The notes under the pieces were generated by a model that was not told the origin of the DNA, made no database searches, and worked only from the letters and a program-made list of their open reading frames with translations. Both the position numbers and the translations under genes were made by a program. Source: an uncultured Phycisphaeraceae bacterium (GTDB lineage Bacteria; Planctomycetota; Phycisphaerae; Phycisphaerales; UBA1924). From it: DNA of 64,000 nucleotides. The stretch covers positions 1,060 through 65,059 of the forward strand of contig CAZPPG010000016.1 of the NCBI GenBank assembly GCA_964588385.1, written 5' to 3'. The number at the start of each line of letters is the position of its first letter. The stretch's first letter is position 1. This document shows positions 47,009-57,166 of the stretch, piece by piece.

Positions 47009-47863
47009 ATGACGACGACACTTCCGAAGCATGCCTCCGACGCCGCCCGTGTCTCTGCCGCGAACAGGGCCCGCGCGGTTCCCGGGCGGAAGGTGTTCGT
47101 GAAGGTCCTGCGGTGCGAGGGGCCGGGAAAGGGCTCGCGCTGGGAGACGTTCCAAGTGACGGTTGAGCGCGGCTCGAACGTCATCTCGATGCTGCAGCAG
47201 ATCGCGGCGAACCCCGTCACAACGGACGGGCAGAAGTCGACGCCCGTGGTGTGGGACTCGGGGTGTCTTGAGGAAGTGTGCGGCGCGTGCACGATGGTGA
47301 TCAACGGGAAGGTGCGCCAGTCGTGCTCATGTCTGATCGATGACTATGCGCCGGCAGAGGGCGACACGATCACCCTGGAGCCGATGAGCAAGTTCCCCGT
47401 CGTGCGGGACCTCTGGGTCGATCGCTCGCGTCTGTTTGACGGGCTCAAGCGAGTGCGGGCGTGGGTGCCGATCGACGGCACGTACGCGCTCGGGCCGGGA
47501 CCGACGGAGGGCCCGGAAGACTCGGAGCGGCGCTATGTCATGTCCACGTGCATGTCGTGCGGCTGCTGCCTGGAGGCGTGTCCCCAGTACAACGTCGAGC
47601 CGGATGCGAAAGCGTGGCCTACGTCGTTTGTCGGCGCGCACGCACTGAACCAGGCGCGGCTCTTCAACGAGCATGAGACAGGGAAGCGCCTGAAGAGCGA
47701 GCGGCTGGATGCGCTCATGGGCCCGGGCGGCGTCAACGACTGCGGCAATGCCCAGAACTGCGTCAAGGTCTGCCCCAAGCTGATTCCATTGACCGAGTCG
47801 ATCGCCGTGATCGGCCGTTCGGTGACGATCCACGCGTTTGCGAAGTGGTTCGGCGGACGTTGA
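47009..47863 (+). CDS. sdhB: succinate dehydrogenase iron-sulfur subunit
   Basis: Cys clusters CLEEVCGACTMVINGK, CMSCGCCLEACP and CGNAQNCVKVCP. Confidence 0.95.
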   Translation: MTTTLPKHASDAARVSAANRARAVPGRKVFVKVLRCEGPGKGSRWETFQVTVERGSNVISMLQQIAANPVTTDGQKSTPVVWDSGCLEEVCGACTMVINGKVRQSCSCLIDDYAPAEGDTITLEPMSKFPVVRDLWVDRSRLFDGLKRVRAWVPIDGTYALGPGPTEGPEDSERRYVMSTCMSCGCCLEACPQYNVEPDAKAWPTSFVGAHALNQARLFNEHETGKRLKSERLDALMGPGGVNDCGNAQNCVKVCPKLIPLTESIAVIGRSVTIHAFAKWFGGR

Positions 47864-47927
47864 ACCTCACCGCGTACGGTCACGGGTGGCGATTGCGGGT
47901 TCGGGGCGCTGAGAGGACAATCCCGGC

Positions 47928-49601
47928 ATGACCCGCGCAGCGTTTGCACTGCTCCTCACCCTTGTGCTCGCGGCATCAGCGGCGGTGGCCCTGGTTCACG
48001 CCACAGCGGATCGTGCACTTGAAACGCACGAGATCTTCGTGGCGCAGAGCACGCGCGAGATGTTTGAGTTTCACGAGCCCCTCGTGCCGTCGTTCGGTGA
48101 GGTTCCGCGGCTGAAGAAGCCGCCCCTGATGTACTGGGTGGTGGGGGCGATTGCGATGGTTGCCGGGCGCGAGGACGTCCCGGAGTGGGTGGCACGGTTG
48201 CCGTCTGCGTTTGCCGCGATCGGCCTGGCCGCGATCGCGGGAGCGATGGGCAGAGTGGTGTACGGCCGGGCGGAGGGGGTTCTGGCGGCGGGAATGACGG
48301 GGCTCTCGCTGGGAGTCTTTGAGTATGCGGCGAGTGCGCGGCCGGAGATGTTGTACGCGGCCACGAGCGCGCTGTCGATCCTGCTGTTCCTGATCGCGTG
48401 GGAGCGCCGCGGCAGTGCGGAAGATGGGGCGGAACGCACACGCGACACCTCCGGGCGATGGGCGATGGGGGCGTGGCTGATGGTGGGGGTCGCGACGCTG
48501 GTGAAGGGGCCGCAATTGCCGCTGCTGGTGCTCATCGGGATGAGCGCGTGGGCGATTCGCGAGAGTGGATGGCGCCAATGGGCACGGACGTTCAGGCCAC
48601 TGACGGGGATGCTGGCGGCGACGGCGGTTGTTGCGCCGTGGTTCATTGCGGTGATGGCGAGGGTCGATGGGGCGGCGCAGATCTGGCTCGATGAGCTGAT
48701 CGGCCAGCGATTCGGAGAGAAGGACGGGACAACGGCGACCTTCGCGGAGTGGCTGCGTTCGGTGGCGACTCCCGATTATCTGGTGCACGCGATCACGCTG
48801 CTGGCGCCGTGGGGGCTGCTGCTGCCTCTGGCGGCGATTGTGCCGTGGATGCGGACGCGAGCCGAGAACGAACGCGGCCGCATGCTCTTCATGGGGATCG
48901 CAGCGGCAGTTGTGGGCTTGTCGCTGGTGCGTCACTCGAGAGATTACTACATCCTGCCTCTGGCGCCGATGATCGCGGTGCTGCTGGCGCGGGCCGCGCT
49001 TGGGATGTATGAGCAGGGTCGAGCGCGAGTCTCAACGCGACGGATCGCAGTCGGGCTGATGGCGCTGCTCGGCGGCGGCGGCGTGGGGCTGATGGTGTAC
49101 GCGGTGGCCCGCGGCGGCGTGCAGCCCAAGGACGTCCTGGTGGTGTCCTGTGCCGCGGGCGCGGTGGCGGCGTGCGCGCTGCTCCTGCTCTATCGGTTCA
49201 AGAAGGATCGCTCGCACGCGACGGTTGCGGCGGCTCTGGCGGCGTGGGGGTGTGCGCTGGTGTCGCTGGGGACCGTGACCCCGGAGCCGGGTGCCCGGCG
49301 CGAGCGGCTGGATGATGTGGCTCGTGCGGCAGCGGCGCTCGCCGGCACGGAGCTGCCGGTAATCGCCATCGAGTTTGATCCGAGCAACCTGATGTACCGC
49401 GTGGATGATCCGCCGATCGCCTTTCAGCCGGATGCGTCGAACGAGGACGTGCTGGCGAGGTTGCCGGCCGTTCTGGTCGCGCCGCCGGAGTGGGCGGACC
49501 GCATCGACGCGATCGAGAGAATCCACGTGCGGCACAGCGCGCCGATCGACATCAAGGCGGGACGGTCAATTGAGGTTGTGCTGATCACGCGCGAGCCGTG
49601 A
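47928..49601 (+). CDS. GT39-type (ArnT/PMT-like) membrane glycosyltransferase
   Basis: Multi-TM. Contains ETHEIFVAQSTREMFEF and KKPPLMYWVVGAI, typical of the first periplasmic loop of ArnT-like enzymes. Confidence 0.8.
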   Translation: MTRAAFALLLTLVLAASAAVALVHATADRALETHEIFVAQSTREMFEFHEPLVPSFGEVPRLKKPPLMYWVVGAIAMVAGREDVPEWVARLPSAFAAIGLAAIAGAMGRVVYGRAEGVLAAGMTGLSLGVFEYAASARPEMLYAATSALSILLFLIAWERRGSAEDGAERTRDTSGRWAMGAWLMVGVATLVKGPQLPLLVLIGMSAWAIRESGWRQWARTFRPLTGMLAATAVVAPWFIAVMARVDGAAQIWLDELIGQRFGEKDGTTATFAEWLRSVATPDYLVHAITLLAPWGLLLPLAAIVPWMRTRAENERGRMLFMGIAAAVVGLSLVRHSRDYYILPLAPMIAVLLARAALGMYEQGRARVSTRRIAVGLMALLGGGGVGLMVYAVARGGVQPKDVLVVSCAAGAVAACALLLLYRFKKDRSHATVAAALAAWGCALVSLGTVTPEPGARRERLDDVARAAAALAGTELPVIAIEFDPSNLMYRVDDPPIAFQPDASNEDVLARLPAVLVAPPEWADRIDAIERIHVRHSAPIDIKAGRSIEVVLITREP

Positions 49602-51211
49602 GCGTGCCTCCGGGGCGGAAGTGGCCGGACCAGGGAGTGTCCACGGGCCGGATCTTCCGGCGTGTGCCCGATAACTGTGCGGAGCGGCACGGCGGCGTGA
49701 ATGCTCGCGCAGGGTTGGGACGCCCGCTCAACGGGCGGACGCGGCTCGCCGATCGATACCGCACGATGCCACAGCAGCCAGAGTCGTTCGGTGATTCCCG
49801 CGGTCACGCTTCCGTCGCCGTGTCTCAATGGTCGGCGGTTCCGACACTGCTGGGCGCGTGCTCGCTTGTGGCAACGGCGTATCTCCTGGGCGCGTCGTGG
49901 CTGTCGGTCCCCACGCTGGGTGTGCCCGTCGGATTGTGGTTGATTGTGGTCGCTGTGGGCGTCTTTCGGCTGGATGCAAGGCGTGTGGCGAGGCGGTTGG
50001 CTGGCGTCTCGGCGAGCAGCGATCCGAGCGCGAGCGTCTGGGCGATCGCTGGCGCGCTCTGCCGCGGGTTTGAAGCGTTGACGCGGTGGAGCAAACCGCT
50101 GCGTGACCGCTTCGACGTGCTGAGCGGATCGGGTGAGAAGGCGGCCAGTCGCCTGTCGGCATGGCATGATCGAGCCGCGTGGCCGGAGCGGCCGCTGCGT
50201 GTCGGGCTGGCTGTCGGACCGGAGGTTGCCGATGCGCTGCGTGCCGCGCCGGGGTCTTCGTTGGTGCAGTGGGTGCATGTGTCGGGCGGAGTTGGCCCTC
50301 TGGGCGCGTGCAAGTCGCTCGCGTTGGACGCGGTGCTGCACGGTGAGCCGGGCGAGGGGCTGCGGGTGACGACGCTGGAGAGATCAGGACGTGACGCGGC
50401 GTGGCACGATTGGGCGTTGCCCCGGCCGCTGACGTACGCGTCGGTGTTTCCGTTCCTGGTTGATCCCACGCACGCGACCCTGGGGATCCGATCCGTGGCG
50501 ACCGGGCCGGAGGCGGAGCTGGTGCGGGCGATGATCGAGGCCGCTGCTGTACTGTCGCGATCGTCACACAGGATCGGGCTTGCGGATCGGCTGATTGGCC
50601 GTCGTCCGACGGATGGAACAAGGGTGCAGCCGGGTGAGATCGCGCGGATAGACCGGGCCATGCTGCGTCTGGCTCGGGTGTTTGAGGGGACGGCGGAGCG
50701 TGTGGATTCGATGCTGGCGCGGGTGTGCGCTCGTGTTCTCAGCGCCGATCTGTGCGCGGGTGCGGGGCGGACGTGGGCGTCGGCGGACCTTTGGGATCTG
50801 ATCGCGCGGGTCGGGGGAGATGAGGCGGAGATTGCCTTGCGGGAGGCGGCGTCACGGTTCGTGCTGCTCGAAGATTCGGGCGGGCTGGCGGCGCTGGCGC
50901 GGGCGGATGCGTCGCTGCGGCTCCGGGACAACCCGGAACAGATCGATCACACCGCGCTTCTGGAGTGGGAGCTCGAGCACGGGGCGTCGAGCGATCAGGC
51001 GATCGGGCGGCTCGCGGCGGGCATCTGCCTCGCCTGCGCGACGCGGGATGCCCACGCCATTGCCTGCGTTCGGGATGATCTGCTCGACGACATGCGCCAT
51101 AGCGCGTGGCTGGTCGATCGCGAGCAGGACCAGGCCCTGATCCTGGATGTGTTCAGACACATCGAACGACTGCGCCGGAGCCAGGAGATCGGCATCGCGG
51201 CGGCGGCGTGA
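49598..51211 (+). CDS. hypothetical membrane protein (2 TM plus a ~400-aa unknown domain)
   Basis: GTG 49598 overlaps the GT39 stop (GTGA). ATG 49766 (MPQQPESF) is an alternative start. TM helices LLGACSLVATAYLLGASWL and VGLWLIVVAVGVF. No known motif seen. Confidence 0.6.
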   Translation: MSVPPGRKWPDQGVSTGRIFRRVPDNCAERHGGVNARAGLGRPLNGRTRLADRYRTMPQQPESFGDSRGHASVAVSQWSAVPTLLGACSLVATAYLLGASWLSVPTLGVPVGLWLIVVAVGVFRLDARRVARRLAGVSASSDPSASVWAIAGALCRGFEALTRWSKPLRDRFDVLSGSGEKAASRLSAWHDRAAWPERPLRVGLAVGPEVADALRAAPGSSLVQWVHVSGGVGPLGACKSLALDAVLHGEPGEGLRVTTLERSGRDAAWHDWALPRPLTYASVFPFLVDPTHATLGIRSVATGPEAELVRAMIEAAAVLSRSSHRIGLADRLIGRRPTDGTRVQPGEIARIDRAMLRLARVFEGTAERVDSMLARVCARVLSADLCAGAGRTWASADLWDLIARVGGDEAEIALREAASRFVLLEDSGGLAALARADASLRLRDNPEQIDHTALLEWELEHGASSDQAIGRLAAGICLACATRDAHAIACVRDDLLDDMRHSAWLVDREQDQALILDVFRHIERLRRSQEIGIAAAA

Positions 51212-51217
51212 AGGTCA

Positions 51218-51547
51218 TCAGCCCTTGATGTCGATGCTCGGGGCAGTGCCCTCCCGGCGGCCGACCCCAGAGGCGTCGTACGCGTGGGTATTGCGAGGGT
51301 CGCGGCTGCCGCGCTCGCCTGGCTGTTCGCGGCGTTCGTGCTGCTGATGGCCCTCGACCGCGTCGATGCTCTCCACTTCGGTCACATGCCGCTCGAACTC
51401 ATCCTTTCCGGCGCGGGTGGCGCGGGGACGATGTTCCTTGGCTTTCTCGGCATCGCGAGCCGCAACGCGTTCCGCTTGGGCGGAGCCGGCCAGAGACTGC
51501 GCGACGTTTGATCCGAGGATGCTCATTGCTTTGGCTTGAGTCGGCAT
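51218..51547 (-). CDS. small charged hypothetical protein
   Basis: 109 aa (MPTQAKAMSILGSNVAQSLAGSAQAERVAARDAEKAKE...). It is the only sensible ORF in this gap. No motif recognised. Confidence 0.45.
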   Translation of the reverse strand: MPTQAKAMSILGSNVAQSLAGSAQAERVAARDAEKAKEHRPRATRAGKDEFERHVTEVESIDAVEGHQQHERREQPGERGSRDPRNTHAYDASGVGRREGTAPSIDIKG

Positions 51548-51673
51548 GTTCGGGGGCAGGTGCTTGAGAAAGTTCGTGCAGATCTCCCCCCGATCGGGGC
51601 AAGGCCGGGGTGGACGTGTGGCGATGGCACGTCCACCGCGGTTATCGGCCAGAGGGGCGCGCGACGGTGGGGT

Positions 51674-52459
51674 TCAGACGCCGATCGTGCTCACGCCGCA
51701 GTCGACGTAGATGGTCTCGCCGGTCACGCCCGCAGAGAGGTCGCTGGCGAGGTAGACCGCGGTGTTGCCGACGTCGGCTCCGTCGACGGCACGCCGGAGC
51801 GGCGAGCGCTGGGCGGAACGCTCCTCCATGCTGTCGGTGCCTCCAACGGCGGAGGAGGCGAGGGTGCGGAGATAGCCGCCGGAGATGGAGTTGACGCGGA
51901 TGTTGTCGGCGCCCATCTCAAGGGCCATGTAGCGAGCGGTGCACTCGAGGGCGGCCTTGGCGACGCCCATGACGTTGTAACCGGGGACGACCTTCTCCGC
52001 GCCGTAGTAGGACATGCACATGATGGAGCCGCCGCCGGACTTGGCCATGAGGGGCTTGGCGCGTCGGCCCATGGCGAGCAGGGTGTACGCGGAGATGTCG
52101 ATCGCGGAGAGGTAGGCCTGACGGGGCGTGTCGCAGAACTTGCCCACTTGCAGCCAGTCGCGGTCGGCGAAGGCGATCGAGTGGACGAGGAAGTGCATCT
52201 TGTCGTAGGACTCGGCGTACTGGGCGAACACAGCGTCGATGTCCTCGTCCTTACCGGCGTCGAGGGGGCGGAGCCAGGGGTTGGTCAGGCCGAGGGCCTC
52301 AACGGCCTTCTGCGTGCGGCGTTCGTTCTTCTCGCCGGGGAGATGGGTAAAGACGCAGGTGCCGCCGTGCTCAATGATCGACTTGGCGATGTGCCACGCG
52401 TAGGAACGGTCGTTGGCGATGCCGACGATGAGGCCGAACTTGCCTGTCATGATGCCCAT
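51674..52459 (-). CDS. fabI: enoyl-[acyl-carrier-protein] reductase (NADH)
   Basis: ATG 52459 (MGIMTGKFGLIVGIANDRSYAW). Contains SYYGAEKVVPGYNVMGVAKAALE (Y-x6-K) and RVNSISGG. Confidence 0.9.
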   Translation of the reverse strand: MGIMTGKFGLIVGIANDRSYAWHIAKSIIEHGGTCVFTHLPGEKNERRTQKAVEALGLTNPWLRPLDAGKDEDIDAVFAQYAESYDKMHFLVHSIAFADRDWLQVGKFCDTPRQAYLSAIDISAYTLLAMGRRAKPLMAKSGGGSIMCMSYYGAEKVVPGYNVMGVAKAALECTARYMALEMGADNIRVNSISGGYLRTLASSAVGGTDSMEERSAQRSPLRRAVDGADVGNTAVYLASDLSAGVTGETIYVDCGVSTIGV

Positions 52460-52570
52460 GGGGGAGTGTCTCCAGGAGCGCGGCGGGAGGCCGCGAGCGT
52501 GTGCGAGTTTAGCCCTGGCGCGGACCGGGGCGGACCCCTGGATGCCGCGGGCGGCGGGTACGATCCGGTG

Positions 52571-53536
52571 ATGGCACAGACGCGGCCCGGTGGCCCCAAA
52601 TCTATCGATCTCAATGCCTTGGCGCTGCACGAGCTCTCGGATGTCTTGTGCGATTCAGGGCTGGTGGGGCGTCTGCTGGCGTTAGCACGAGATGAGGATC
52701 TCGGGGCCGCGGGCGACATCACGAGCACGGTGGCGATCCCCGAGGGGCATCGCTCAACGTTTCATGTCGTCGCGAGGAACGCGGGCGTGGCGGCGGGACT
52801 GATACCGCTCTATGAGCTGACGAATCTGTATCCGGAAGTTGCGTACGCGCCGACGGTACGGGATGGGGAGCTGGTTGCGCCGGGGCAGACGGTGGCGCGG
52901 ATCGCGGGGCCGACGCGGGAGATTCTCGGTATCGAGCGGGTGTACCTGAATCTCCTCGGGCGGCTCTCGGGGATCGCGGCGCGCACGAGGCAGTTCGTCG
53001 AGGCAATGGGGACGGGGCATCGGGCGCATCTGTATGACACGCGGAAGACGACGCCGGGCTTGCGCGTGCTGGAGAAGTACGCGGTGCGCTGCGGCGGGGG
53101 ACGCAGCCACCGATTCGGCCTCCACGATGCGGTGCTGCTGAAGGACAACCACATCGCGCACGTGCCGATTGGCGAACTGGGGGCGTTCGTTGCGGAGGTC
53201 TCGCGAAAGGCCCGCGCGATCTGGGCGAGCGGGCCCGCGCCCTTGCTCAAGCCGTTCGTCGAGGTCGAGGTGGACACGCTCGATCAGTTTGCCGAGATCC
53301 TGGGGGTTGAGACGGGGCTGGTGGACATCGTGCTGCTGGACAACATGGGGACGGAGAAACTGGAGAGGGCCGTGGCGATGCGAGATGGGGCGGGATCAAA
53401 GATCGAGCTCGAGGCCTCGGGCGGCGTGACGCTGGACACAATCCGTGCGATCGCGATAACGGGTGTGGAGCGGATCAGCGTGGGCTCCATCACGCACGGG
53501 GCAACGGTGCTGGACTTCGGGTTGGATGCGTTGTGA
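52571..53536 (+). CDS. nadC: nicotinate-nucleotide pyrophosphorylase (carboxylating)
   Basis: ATG 52571. Contains ERVYLNLLGRLSGIAARTR, YDTRKTTPGLRVLEKYAVRCGGGRSHRFGLHDAVLLKDNHI and LDNM. Confidence 0.9.
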   Translation: MAQTRPGGPKSIDLNALALHELSDVLCDSGLVGRLLALARDEDLGAAGDITSTVAIPEGHRSTFHVVARNAGVAAGLIPLYELTNLYPEVAYAPTVRDGELVAPGQTVARIAGPTREILGIERVYLNLLGRLSGIAARTRQFVEAMGTGHRAHLYDTRKTTPGLRVLEKYAVRCGGGRSHRFGLHDAVLLKDNHIAHVPIGELGAFVAEVSRKARAIWASGPAPLLKPFVEVEVDTLDQFAEILGVETGLVDIVLLDNMGTEKLERAVAMRDGAGSKIELEASGGVTLDTIRAIAITGVERISVGSITHGATVLDFGLDAL

Positions 53537-54432
53537 CCATGGGACGCGAGAGAGAGGCCGACATTCGCGATGATCGAGCCGCCGGGGCGGATGGCGATGC
53601 GCCGCTGCACACGTGGGCTCCGCGGATCGAGAGGATGATTGCCGCGCGCGAGATCACGCTGATCGATCGCGTGCAGGTGATCGCGAGCACGGGCTCGACC
53701 CAGGACGCGGCCCGTCAGCTCGTCGCGGGACAGGCGAAGAAGGGGCCGGGCGTCTGCGTGCTCGCGGGTGTGCAGACATCCGGACGCGGGCGGCTGGGGC
53801 GGGCGTGGGCGGACGAGAAGGGTCTGGGCCTGGCGATGACCTTGGCGATCGATCCGGGCTGGCTGGCGAACGCGGCATCGGAGACGCTGCCCCTTGCGAT
53901 CGGGCTCGCGGCGTGCCGCGCGTGCGAGGGGGTGATGGGAAGGAAGCACACGCTGGGCCTCCGCTGGCCGAACGATGTGGTCGAGCGGGCCAGAACCGGG
54001 CGGAAGGTCGCGGGCGTTTTGATCGAACGCGGGGGCGCTGATGGGGATGGAGCGGGCGCCGAGATGATGCTGATCGGCATCGGCATCAACGTGCTGCAAC
54101 AGAAGAGCGAGTTCCCGGCCGAGCTGCGTGATCGCGCGGCATCCCTGCGGATGCTCGGCGCGGAGGGCGGGGAGATCCCGACGCGACTCGACGTGGCGTG
54201 CGCGGTGCTGGTCGAGATCGAGCGGGCCCTTGCGCTCGAGACCGATGATCTTCGACGCGCATGGATGAAGCGCGATGTGCTGGTTGGGACGCGCCGGACG
54301 TTCATTTACAACGGCAAGCCCGTGAGCGGCACGGTCGAGGGGATCGATCCCATGAGCCGCATCCTTGTGCGGACGAACCTGGGAAACGTGGTCTCACTGC
54401 CCGCGCTCAGCACTTCAATGGTTCACGAGTGA
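53533..54432 (+). CDS. birA: biotin--[acetyl-CoA-carboxylase] ligase
   Basis: GTG overlaps the nadC stop (GTGA). Contains STGSTQD, GRGRLGRAW, LRWPNDV and KVAGVLIE. Confidence 0.85.
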   Translation: MTMGREREADIRDDRAAGADGDAPLHTWAPRIERMIAAREITLIDRVQVIASTGSTQDAARQLVAGQAKKGPGVCVLAGVQTSGRGRLGRAWADEKGLGLAMTLAIDPGWLANAASETLPLAIGLAACRACEGVMGRKHTLGLRWPNDVVERARTGRKVAGVLIERGGADGDGAGAEMMLIGIGINVLQQKSEFPAELRDRAASLRMLGAEGGEIPTRLDVACAVLVEIERALALETDDLRRAWMKRDVLVGTRRTFIYNGKPVSGTVEGIDPMSRILVRTNLGNVVSLPALSTSMVHE

Positions 54433-54438
54433 GCGCGT

Positions 54439-55620
54439 TCAGTACCCCGCAGCAACATCCACGCAGTTGAGCAGCGGCTCGCCCGCGCCGAAGCGGCGCA
54501 GATTCTCCTTGTAGAGGGCCCACCAGCGCTGGTCGGTCAGCTCGCCATCCGCGGCGACGTGCGGCGTGATGAGCACGTTCGGCGCGCTCCAGAGCGCGTG
54601 GCCCGCGGGCAGTGGCTCGGGATCCGTGACATCGAGGGCCGCGCCCGCGATCCGGCCCTCGTTCAACGCCGCGATGAGGGCGTCGGTGTTGATGATGCGA
54701 CCCCGTGCGATGTTGATGACGTACGCGCCGGGCTTCATCCGGCGGATCATCGCATCGTCGAAAAGGCTTTCTGTCTCGGGAGTGAGCGGCACGCAGATCG
54801 CGACGACATCGGCCTCCGGGAGCATGGCCGCAAGGTCTTGGGGTTTGCCAACCCGTTCGACGTAGTCGGGCGCGGGCGTGTCGCTGCGTCGCGTGGCGAT
54901 GATGCGCATGCCGAAGGCGTGGGCCCGCTGCGCGATCTCGGATCCGATGCCGCCGATGCCGACGATGAGCATGGTGCGGCCCTGCAGCGCAATGGCCTCG
55001 GCCTTCGGGGCCTCTCGCGACCACTCGCCCCGTTCCTGGGCATCGTGGTAGTGGGGGAGTTGGCGCGTGAGGGAGAGCAGCATGCCCATGGCGTGGTCGG
55101 CGATGGCGGGTCCGTGAACGCCCTTGGCATTCGTCACGACCAGATCGGCACGCTCTCGCACGCCGGGGAGCCCGACGAGCCGCTCGACGCCCGCGCTCGG
55201 CGAGTGGACCCAACGGAGGTGCGACGCCGTGGCCAGAAACTCCGGCGTGATCAGGCGCCCGTCCGCGCCATCCGCTTCCGCTGCGTGCTCGAGCGCCTGC
55301 TCGCGGCTGGACACTTGCACAATCCGGACATTGGGCGCGACAGCGCGAGCCTCGGCGATGTGCTCATCACTCAGGCCCATCGCGAGGAATGTGAGCGTGA
55401 CCCTCTCGCGCTCCGCTGCGTCCGCCGGAAGAGGGCGCGCGATGCTCGCACCCTTGAGCGAGCCGGGAAGCTCGGGCTGGGCCGCGGGCGCAGTTGCAGA
55501 TTGGGCCCCACGCTGAACCCCAGGTTGGCCGGATGCTGACTGGCTAAGCGCGGGCGGCGTAACCAGACAGGTCAGCGCGAGGCCCGCGCCGAGGATCGCA
55601 ATGGCGAAGCGGGTTCTCAT
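54439..55620 (-). CDS. D-isomer-specific 2-hydroxyacid dehydrogenase with N-terminal signal-like extension
   Basis: NAD motif GRTMLIVGIGGIGSEIA. Also NIARG and ITPHVA. The N-terminus MRTRFAIAILGAGLALTCLVTPPALSQ looks like a Sec signal. Confidence 0.85.
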   Translation of the reverse strand: MRTRFAIAILGAGLALTCLVTPPALSQSASGQPGVQRGAQSATAPAAQPELPGSLKGASIARPLPADAAERERVTLTFLAMGLSDEHIAEARAVAPNVRIVQVSSREQALEHAAEADGADGRLITPEFLATASHLRWVHSPSAGVERLVGLPGVRERADLVVTNAKGVHGPAIADHAMGMLLSLTRQLPHYHDAQERGEWSREAPKAEAIALQGRTMLIVGIGGIGSEIAQRAHAFGMRIIATRRSDTPAPDYVERVGKPQDLAAMLPEADVVAICVPLTPETESLFDDAMIRRMKPGAYVINIARGRIINTDALIAALNEGRIAGAALDVTDPEPLPAGHALWSAPNVLITPHVAADGELTDQRWWALYKENLRRFGAGEPLLNCVDVAAGY

Positions 55621-55627
55621 CTGTGCA

Positions 55628-56236
55628 TTACTCCTTCACCGGTGTGAGGTCGGTGCCCATGAACTGGACCCAGGTTGTGCCGCCGTCGCGCGACCACTCG
55701 CCGATCTCCAGCCAGCGATCCTCGGTGAGCTCGAGGGTGAAGCGGACGGCGTTGGCCTGCGGGCCGCCGGGAGTCCACCGGATCTTGCCCGTGCCCTCTT
55801 CGATCGTGAGCGTGTTCCGCGTGAAGTCCGCGCCGTTGCGCCGGGCCAGGAAACTGATGCCGCCGGTGCGGGCGTCGTGCTCGATGATGCCCATGGCATC
55901 GTGGCTGACGGTGATCTCACCGCTCGCGGCGTCGGTGGTGTAGCCGTACCCCTCGACAATCAAGGCCGTCCCCGCGAGGTTCCAGTGGATGCGCTCGACG
56001 GCCTCGCCCTCGTGACGCTCGCCGACGGGCGTCATGATCCACGATGTGCCGCGCCACTCGCCGACCATCTTCGCCAGTGCCGTGTCGGCCAGCGGACTGG
56101 TGACTCTGTGGGCGGGTTGGAGGGAGAGCGAGGACGAAGTGTGACCCGACCCCGCGCCGAGCGATACGTTGGTCAAGGTGAACGTGACGCACGTGAACGT
56201 GAGACAGGCAATGGCGATCCGACGAGCATTCTGCAT
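55628..56236 (-). CDS. secreted hypothetical protein (DUF1579/lipocalin-like?)
   Basis: ATG 56236 is preceded by AAGGAG. Signal MQNARRIAIACLTFTCVTFTLTNVSLGAG. Beta-rich body (MVGEWRGTSWIMTP...). The remaining 281 aa of the track ORF is rejected. Confidence 0.65.
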   Translation of the reverse strand: MQNARRIAIACLTFTCVTFTLTNVSLGAGSGHTSSSLSLQPAHRVTSPLADTALAKMVGEWRGTSWIMTPVGERHEGEAVERIHWNLAGTALIVEGYGYTTDAASGEITVSHDAMGIIEHDARTGGISFLARRNGADFTRNTLTIEEGTGKIRWTPGGPQANAVRFTLELTEDRWLEIGEWSRDGGTTWVQFMGTDLTPVKE

Positions 56237-56371
56237 GACGGGCTCCTTGGGGAGGCCCCAGTCTACATGATTGTGGAGGGAGGTCAGCGGTGGGCCTCGG
56301 TGGGCGGCACGGTTCAGGGGCCGAAACCGGCGTCGATTGGATACGCTTGGCAAGTTCAAAGGAGCCCGAGG

Positions 56372-57076
56372 ATGGCGATTGAGGTGATCGGTGCGGGATA
56401 TGGACGGACGGGGACGGCATCGCTGAAGCTGGCGCTTGAGCGGCTCGGCTTTGGACCGTGCCATCACATGGCCGAGGTGCTGCCCAACGTGGAGCGGGTC
56501 GCGCTCTGGGAAGAGATCGGGCGGAGCGCGGAGAGCGGGAAGGGCGTGCCGGGCGCGTTGTGGGATCGGGCGTTCGATGGGTACGGCTCGACGGTGGACT
56601 GGCCGGCGTGCACGCACTGGCGCGCGCTGATGGCGCACGCCCCCAAGGCCAAGGTCATCTTGTCGAAGCGCGACGCCGGCAAGTGGTTTGAGTCGGTGAA
56701 CGCGACGATCCTGAACCCCCAGGGTGTGGAGGGGATGCGGGCCTCGCCGATGGGCGAGATGCTTGAGCGCAACATCTGGCGGCTCTTCGGCGGGCGGCTT
56801 GCGGATCGCGAGCACATGATCGCGTGCTACGAGCGACACAACGAGGAGGTGGCGCGCGGCGTGCCCCGTGAGCGGCTGCTGGTGTTTGATCCGAAGGAGG
56901 GGTGGGAGCCGCTGTGCGCGTTTTTGGGGAGGGATGTGCCGCGTGAGCCGTTTCCGCACGTGAACACGAAGGAGGCGATGGTCGAGTTGATGGCGGAGTT
57001 CGGGGCGATGCTCAGCCGCGGGGAGACGGGTGAGGAGTCGATCCGTACGTTTGCGCGGGGGATGTTCAAGAAGTAA
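56372..57076 (+). CDS. sulfotransferase-family protein
   Basis: ATG 56372 is preceded by AGGAG. Contains a PAPS-loop-like GAGYGRTGTASLKLALERLGFGPCHHM. Also VILSKRD and YERHNEEV. Confidence 0.8.
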   Translation: MAIEVIGAGYGRTGTASLKLALERLGFGPCHHMAEVLPNVERVALWEEIGRSAESGKGVPGALWDRAFDGYGSTVDWPACTHWRALMAHAPKAKVILSKRDAGKWFESVNATILNPQGVEGMRASPMGEMLERNIWRLFGGRLADREHMIACYERHNEEVARGVPRERLLVFDPKEGWEPLCAFLGRDVPREPFPHVNTKEAMVELMAEFGAMLSRGETGEESIRTFARGMFKK

Positions 57077-57166
57077 CACGTGCTGGCGGCCTTCGCGTGG
57101 GATGCTGGGAACCGGAGGACGCCGCGCCGCTCACGAATTAGACGGCATTCTGGCTGAGACTTTGCA

